This document shows, in pieces, positions 58,808 through 64,000 of a DNA stretch of 64,000 bases. A program made the position numbers and the translations under genes. The DNA comes from Amoebophrya sp. A120 (Eukaryota; Protista; Dinoflagellata), in contig CAJINV010000002.1 in the NCBI GenBank assembly GCA_905178155.1, positions 10,586,709 to 10,650,708 of the forward strand. Direction: 5' to 3'. The notes below the pieces were generated by a model, which worked only from the letters and a program-made list of their open reading frames with translations, ran no database searches and had not been told where the DNA came from. Every line of letters starts with the position of its first letter. Position 1 is the stretch's first letter.

Positions 58808-61800
58808 TCAGAAATGGAAGTCGTCCTCGTAGTCTTCCATACCGTGCTGTGCGCGCACTGGCGGACACATCCTTAAATGATCTACCGCTCGCTGCTGCAA
58901 GTCTTTAAAGGAATTTCCATCGCACAGCAGCTCTTTTCTTTTCTCGCCAACCTGCTCCACGTCTTGACTGCCACCCTCTATCCTCAAATCTCGAAAAAGC
59001 TCCGCAAAAGACGTGAAGCCCTCGCTCTGCAGCTCCAAACTCTTCTGGTAGACCCGCTCGTAGTCCTGTTCATTGAAAGCATCGAATTCCAGGTTTTTCA
59101 TGCGTTTGTCGCGGTGCAGGTTGCGGCCCGCCAGATACGGCAGTGCGAGACAGAAACCGGGATTCTGGTACTCGTTTGCGTTGAACTTTTTCAGTATGTC
59201 GATGGCGTGGTTTGGGCAGGAAATGGTGCGGTCGAACAGAGTGCACTTTTTCAACGGATACAGGTACTCCTCCAACGGCAGAAACCCCTCCCACGCCTGA
59301 AACACCGGCATTTTCCCCAGATAGCACAGCGGGTTGACGGGGGGAGACACGCGTGCCGTCGAACCTTTCGAACTCCCAGCACCAGCACTCGAAGTTGCAA
59401 TTTCGCTGCTAGTAGCTTGATATTCTGCAAGAGATGAAAGTCGAATTCTCTTCCGGCGGCTTTTTTGGAACACAAACCGGCTCGACTTCAGCTTCTCGAC
59501 GACTCTCGTGATCCCGCCCGTTCCGCGGCGCAGCGCCCAGGGGTTGAACCCAAAGATCTTCACCCCTCGCCCGTGTCGCGCCTCAATTTCCGCTTGAACT
59601 ACCTTCTGCCTCGCTTCCACCTCGACGTCCTCCTGCATCTTTGCGTACTTGGTTTTCACCTCCTCCTTCTCTCCGTCCGTCCGCTCCGGCACTTCCTTGC
59701 CCTCCTCCAACGCGGTACCGTGCAACACCTCGTGGTGAGCCGCGGCGAGTTCCGACCGCGACGCGGAAAGTCGCCGCTGCTTCGCGTCCTTGTGCATCCA
59801 GTTCTGGTACTCCTTTTTCGCCGCATACTGGTCCGCGTCGCACCACGGCGCGTAACCGCTGCCGCCCATCTTGAACAGGTACGCAAAGTTGAGCCGCCGC
59901 TCGATGACGTAGGACCGGAGCTCCACGCCGATCGCGTAGGGCTTGTACCAGCCGCAGGCGAGCAGATCCTGCCGCACGTAGTTGCTCCAAAAGTTGTTAT
60001 TCGTGTGGAGCGAAAAGGTCTGGTGGCACATCCCCGCCCCCTTCTGCGCAGTCAGCACCTGGCTCAGTTCCGCGGACACGTCCAGCCAGGCGTCCTCGCT
60101 GTGCAGGCCGATCATGAACTCCAGGTCGTCGTCGATCACGTCCCACCGTTCGTTATTTGCTGCTTCCGCAGTATCACGACTGTTCACCCCTCCCGCCGCG
60201 TCCGTCAGGCGGCCGGCGATCTTCCCCCAGCGTAACGCGCCGATCATGGTGCCGCCGGCTGGCCAGAACTCCAACCCGAGCCGCTCGAGCTCGTCCACGA
60301 TGATGTGGAAAACTTTTTCCATCTGTTGGTCGTACTCCTCGGGCACGATGTCCGTTTTGCATATCCAAGAAAAAAACTGTGTTAGTGTAAGTCTTTCGGG
60401 AAAACAGCATCACAAGTTTGTCTGCCATGACAGGACAAACTTGTTATGCGCAGATACAAAGGGAAAACACATGGGAAGCGCGCTGATCATGCATGTCGAG
60501 CATGACAAGTGTAACTGTTTTGCATTTTCTGCATCACAGATTTACACTTACGCAGTTTTTTTCTTGCATATTGCACGCGTCTTCCGCACTGCAGACGTCC
60601 GCGCGCTCCTCTACGCGGTTGATCTTCTGTCCGTACAGGATTTCCTTCTTCGACATCATGCGGTTCTCGGCAACACGGATCAGCCCGATCCAGTCGATAT
60701 TCCGCCCGCCCGCGATCCAGGTGTGCCAGTTGGGGATGGCGTACTTGTTGCGCGCGGGGAGGTAGACCCGATTGATCAAGTGGTGGGAATACTTCAAGAA
60801 GTGGCTCCACGCCGCGAGCGGCTCGTTGCGCAGCATGGCCTGGATCGCCTCTTCAAATAGCTTATTGATGTAAACGAGAAGCGCCAGCATCACGGCGGGC
60901 GTGCACGCGTTAAAAGTGAAGTTCGGGTCAGTCATCAGCAGGTAATGCGTCATGCGATTGATGTCCGGCTTCTTCGCGGCACCAGCAGAACTTGCGGATT
61001 CTCCGTCGCGATCTGAATCAGCGACGTCCTTTTGCCCATTTGTTCCATCTTCTCCCCCGCCGAGCACCCGGCTCTCCACGCTCGCCGCATCTGTATTCAT
61101 CGCGTCCGCCTTGTTATTTTCCTTTGGCAGCTCTCCAGTGGCCTCGCGCTCGATGCGCTCGTACTCGCTTTGCGACTTCAGGCGCATGGCGCGGGCGACG
61201 GTAGCGTCCATCTCATCCACGTCGGCGACTTTTCCGAGAAGTTCCGCCACTCCGTCGCGGAAGAGCCGGTAGAAGTTGACGCTTTGTTCCTTCTCGTAAT
61301 CGAACATCGTGCTCGTGCGATCCATGCACTCGTCGCCAGCAATCGCCTTATTCTGGATCGTCAGCTGCATGTTGTCCAGCGGCAACACGTGGTACACCCA
61401 CTGCGGGTGGTGCACCGTGAAAATTCGCATCAAATTCTGCCGGATCTCAATGAACCTTGTGGAGTTTCATGTTTTGGAGAAGATGGACTTGTTGCGGCGG
61501 AAGGAAGTAGCCCACAAAGTGCCATGGTCTTCTCCCCAGTGCAATAGCAATTCTTAAGAGCAGCATACAAAGTTCTTTTTCTATGATTTTGTTCATAGCC
61601 CCCTTTCTAAGTGCAAAAGTAGAAGCAGAAACAATGACCCGTTATGTACCTACCATAGGCCTGAAGCATCAGCGGCGGAAGGATGTTCTTCACTTCGAGG
61701 TAGGGCGACTCCGAGAGCACCAGAAACATCCGACGCATCCCCGCCATGCTGCTTGGGTGCAGTGTGTACGCAAGCTGGCGCGGAAGGCGAAGCAGATCGG

Positions 61801-62446
61801 TTCTCGACGGGTCATCCTCGGCTGCCACGGCCGACATCTCGTGGAAGAAAGCCTGCTCTGGCTCTGTTTCCATGAAGAGTTCCGCGATGGTATTGAAGGT
61901 TTGCTGCACCCGGTACCACGTTTCCGCGTCCATCAGTTCCAGGGCGGCTTTCGTTTGGATGTGATAGTACTGGGACAACCCAATCACTTTGAACACCTGG
62001 CTCAAAAAAGCGATCGGGCGGCAAAACTTCTCAAAGTGCGCACTGTTCACGAGGAAAAAGTTCTGCAGCACGGAGAGCTTTTGAGAAAAATGACTGCTGT
62101 CAAAGTAGCGCTGCATTTCGGCGAGGTACACACCGTACGGCGAAATCGGCCCGTTTTCGTTCGGTCCCCCACCCAAGGCATTCTGGTACGTCGTGCCGTA
62201 CTTGGTCAAGATGTCGTTGCGCAGTTCGGCATTCAGCGGGTCGCACTGCAGCGCTTGCGGCCGGCGGTGCCGCACGAACCACCTCAAGCGGGAAAGCGCG
62301 TTCGTGGTGTTCAGATCGGGTCGATCCTCGAAGTGAATGATGTGCGGCACAAGTTGGGCGTGCACGTTGTCTTCGCTCCTCCAAACCAGCTGCAACTGCC
62401 AAAAGCTGCTGGCGAAGAAGAGCTGCACCCAACGAAGCAAACGCAT
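58808..62446 (-). CDS. LicD/fukutin-family nucleotidyltransferase-fold protein with a long N-terminal region
   Basis: FWPAGGTMIGALRWG...DDDLEF and LYPLKKC...ISCPN; N-terminal hydrophobic segment. One GT-AG intron (about 61457-61629) plus E4. Confidence 0.8.
60362..60570. mobile_element. Introner/MITE E4 (209 bp, TSD TTGCA), inverted copy of E1
   Basis: tatccaagaaaaaaactgtg ... cgcagtttttttcttgcata, flanked by ttgca at 60357-60361 and 60571-60575. Removal gives AEDAC-KTDIVPEEY. Confidence 0.95.
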
Positions 62447-62899
62447 TTTTCGGGGAAAACCTCCACAAACCATCGTGCTTCCAACAGAAGCAGCAATTGA
62501 CGACGAACGTTAGCGTGACATCTTGACACACGTAGCCAAGACTGACCCTGGTGCTGTTCGGCGAAGAGCGTCAGTCGTGGAGAAGATCCTCTTTCGGAAA
62601 GACGCGACTTTGCACAGAAAAAAAGCATCAAACAACACCGATTGTCCTTGAACACTAATCTAGAACGCTTTGTTCTCTACTGCACGAACGACCTGGAGGT
62701 CCTTCCTAGAATCAGTGCGAGTCTGACTTCATCCTTCCTTCACCGCACAGACGGTGACTGGGTGCCTGTGTAGCGAGCACTATTTCTTCAGAAACGTCGA
62801 CGATCGTACACAACATCTACGGACTATTTCAACCACCACGCACACATAAAACGCGCGATCCTGTCGAAATCTACGGAAAGTGGAAGAACTAATCAGATC

Positions 62900-64000
62900 C
62901 TACGCTCCAGAAAGCGTTGGCACGCCTAGTATTTGCACCATCACAGCCTTGTCCTCCTCGATCTGTTTTTCCTTCGCCAAGGCTTCCTGCCTCGCCAACT
63001 GGTCCCGGGCGGACTCCTGTTTGGCCGGCGAATTGTTTCGCGTCGTGTAGTATCAAATGTAAAAATGTCTGGGTCTGGAAGATTGCGAGATTTGTCATGC
63101 ATATTTCGGATCACCCAAATGGCGTCTGATGCAGGCAAAAGCATCACAGGTTTTGAGCACGCCTCATGAAGCATGTCCCGCATGAGAAACTTCCTACTTG
63201 CGTGCCAAGAAATGGACAGCTTTTGGCGCTCATGCAACACAAATTTTTGTGTGTTCCAGAGTTTGCATCACAAGTTCCAACCCTTCCAGACCCAGACATT
63301 TTTACATTTGATATGTAGGTCGACGAGGCTGCGTTCTCTGCCGTGAAGGACAATTTTCTCGTATTACAGTGAAAAATGCCCCCCACCCCTTAAATTGTAA
63401 AAATTTGTGATGCGAAGTGTCCAAATGAAGACTTTTTGTCATGCATGAAAGGAGTATGCATCTTTCTGATGCAGGGTCTAGGCGTGTATCGCATCGCTTG
63501 CATGACAAGCGCCGCTCTTGCTGGGGTCTTTTGCAATACAATACATTCTTGCTGTTCACGATTGGAAACCTGTGATGCTGATAGATGCAAGAGGGTGAAT
63601 GTTTCATTTGGAAAGGTTTGCAATACAAATTCTCCCAAGTTCGGGGGTGGGGGCATTTTTCATTGTAATATCTCGCCCGGTTCCGTGCGCTGTTTTGCTT
63701 CGACGAAGAGGCGCTGGAGGCAAATCCTGGCTTGCCGCCGCGCTCAATCTCCACTGAAGCGTCCCGGACCTTGCTCGCTAGCTCCTTCAGCAATTTCTCG
63801 GTGGCCTCGTCGTCGAGTTGGCCGCGTTTGCTGGGGCTCTTCACCGAGCGGAGTTCCAGCGCTACACGCTCGACGAAGCTACGCCCCTGGCCCGCGATGC
63901 CGCCGACTTCGTTTTTCGGCGAGCGGGCGCTGCGCTTGGAGGTGCTCGCGATCGCTCCGAGAAGTTTTTGCACGTCAGATGTCGAGCCGGTCCGGGCGCG
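62900..64000 (-). CDS. 3' part of a hypothetical gene interrupted by E5 and E6
   Basis: After removing both elements the frame reads ...RNRAR-KLSFTAENAASSTY-TTRNNSPAKQESARDQLARQEALAKEKQIEEDK...SGA*. Confidence 0.75.
63051..63313. mobile_element. Introner/MITE E5 (263 bp, perfect 31-bp TIR, TSD TGTAG)
   Basis: tatcaaatgtaaaaatgtctgggtctggaag ... cttccagacccagacatttttacatttgata, flanked by tgtag at 63046-63050 and 63314-63318. Confidence 0.95.
63362..63670. mobile_element. Introner/MITE E6 (309 bp, TSD TCTCG)
   Basis: tattacagtgaaaaatgccccccacccc ... gggggtgggggcatttttcattgtaata, flanked by tctcg at 63357-63361 and 63671-63675. Confidence 0.95.

Noticed and set aside
59982-60860. ORFs sharing peptides such as MHVEHDK and LHFLHHR with ORFs at 6054-6816
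   Set aside because: The similarity comes from translating the non-coding E1/E4 element, not from a protein family.
63046-63318. E5 as a true U12-type intron
   Set aside because: AT-AC ends are possible, but there is no CCTT extension and no TCCTTAAC branch point; reported only as a resemblance.
1-64000. Autonomous transposase or reverse transcriptase, tRNA or rRNA genes
   Set aside because: No DDE or RT motifs and no structural RNA signatures recognised by eye.

Overview
Eukaryotic genomic DNA. About 22 protein-coding genes all lie on the minus strand, with short GT-AG introns plus non-canonical introns. The one-strand layout, two relic dinoflagellate spliced-leader (DinoSL) motifs and the TIR/direct-repeat introns point to a dinoflagellate-lineage parasite such as Amoebophrya (Syndiniales); this taxon is inferred, not proven. 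Recognisable genes: a Ser/Thr kinase, mitochondrial uS9m, a COG0523/CobW-type GTPase, a RING+MORN protein, an ARM-like protein, a rhomboid-like protein, the DBP9/DDX56 helicase, cathepsin C, a Cid1/TUTase-type nucleotidyltransferase and a LicD-family protein. Two systems stand out. (1) Six MITE-like introner elements of 209-473 bp, all with TAT...ATA terminal inverted repeats and 5-bp target-site duplications, sit inside coding sequence; precise removal restores the host reading frame in every case, and one family occurs in both orientations. (2) An ~11 kb tandem array of six intronless, strongly diverged paralogs with mitochondrial-type presequences appears to encode a catalytically degenerate double PD-(D/E)XK nuclease-like fold; it is interleaved with decaying copies of the neighbouring gene's 3' end and carries a relic spliced leader. 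All alignments were done by eye and no database searches were run.
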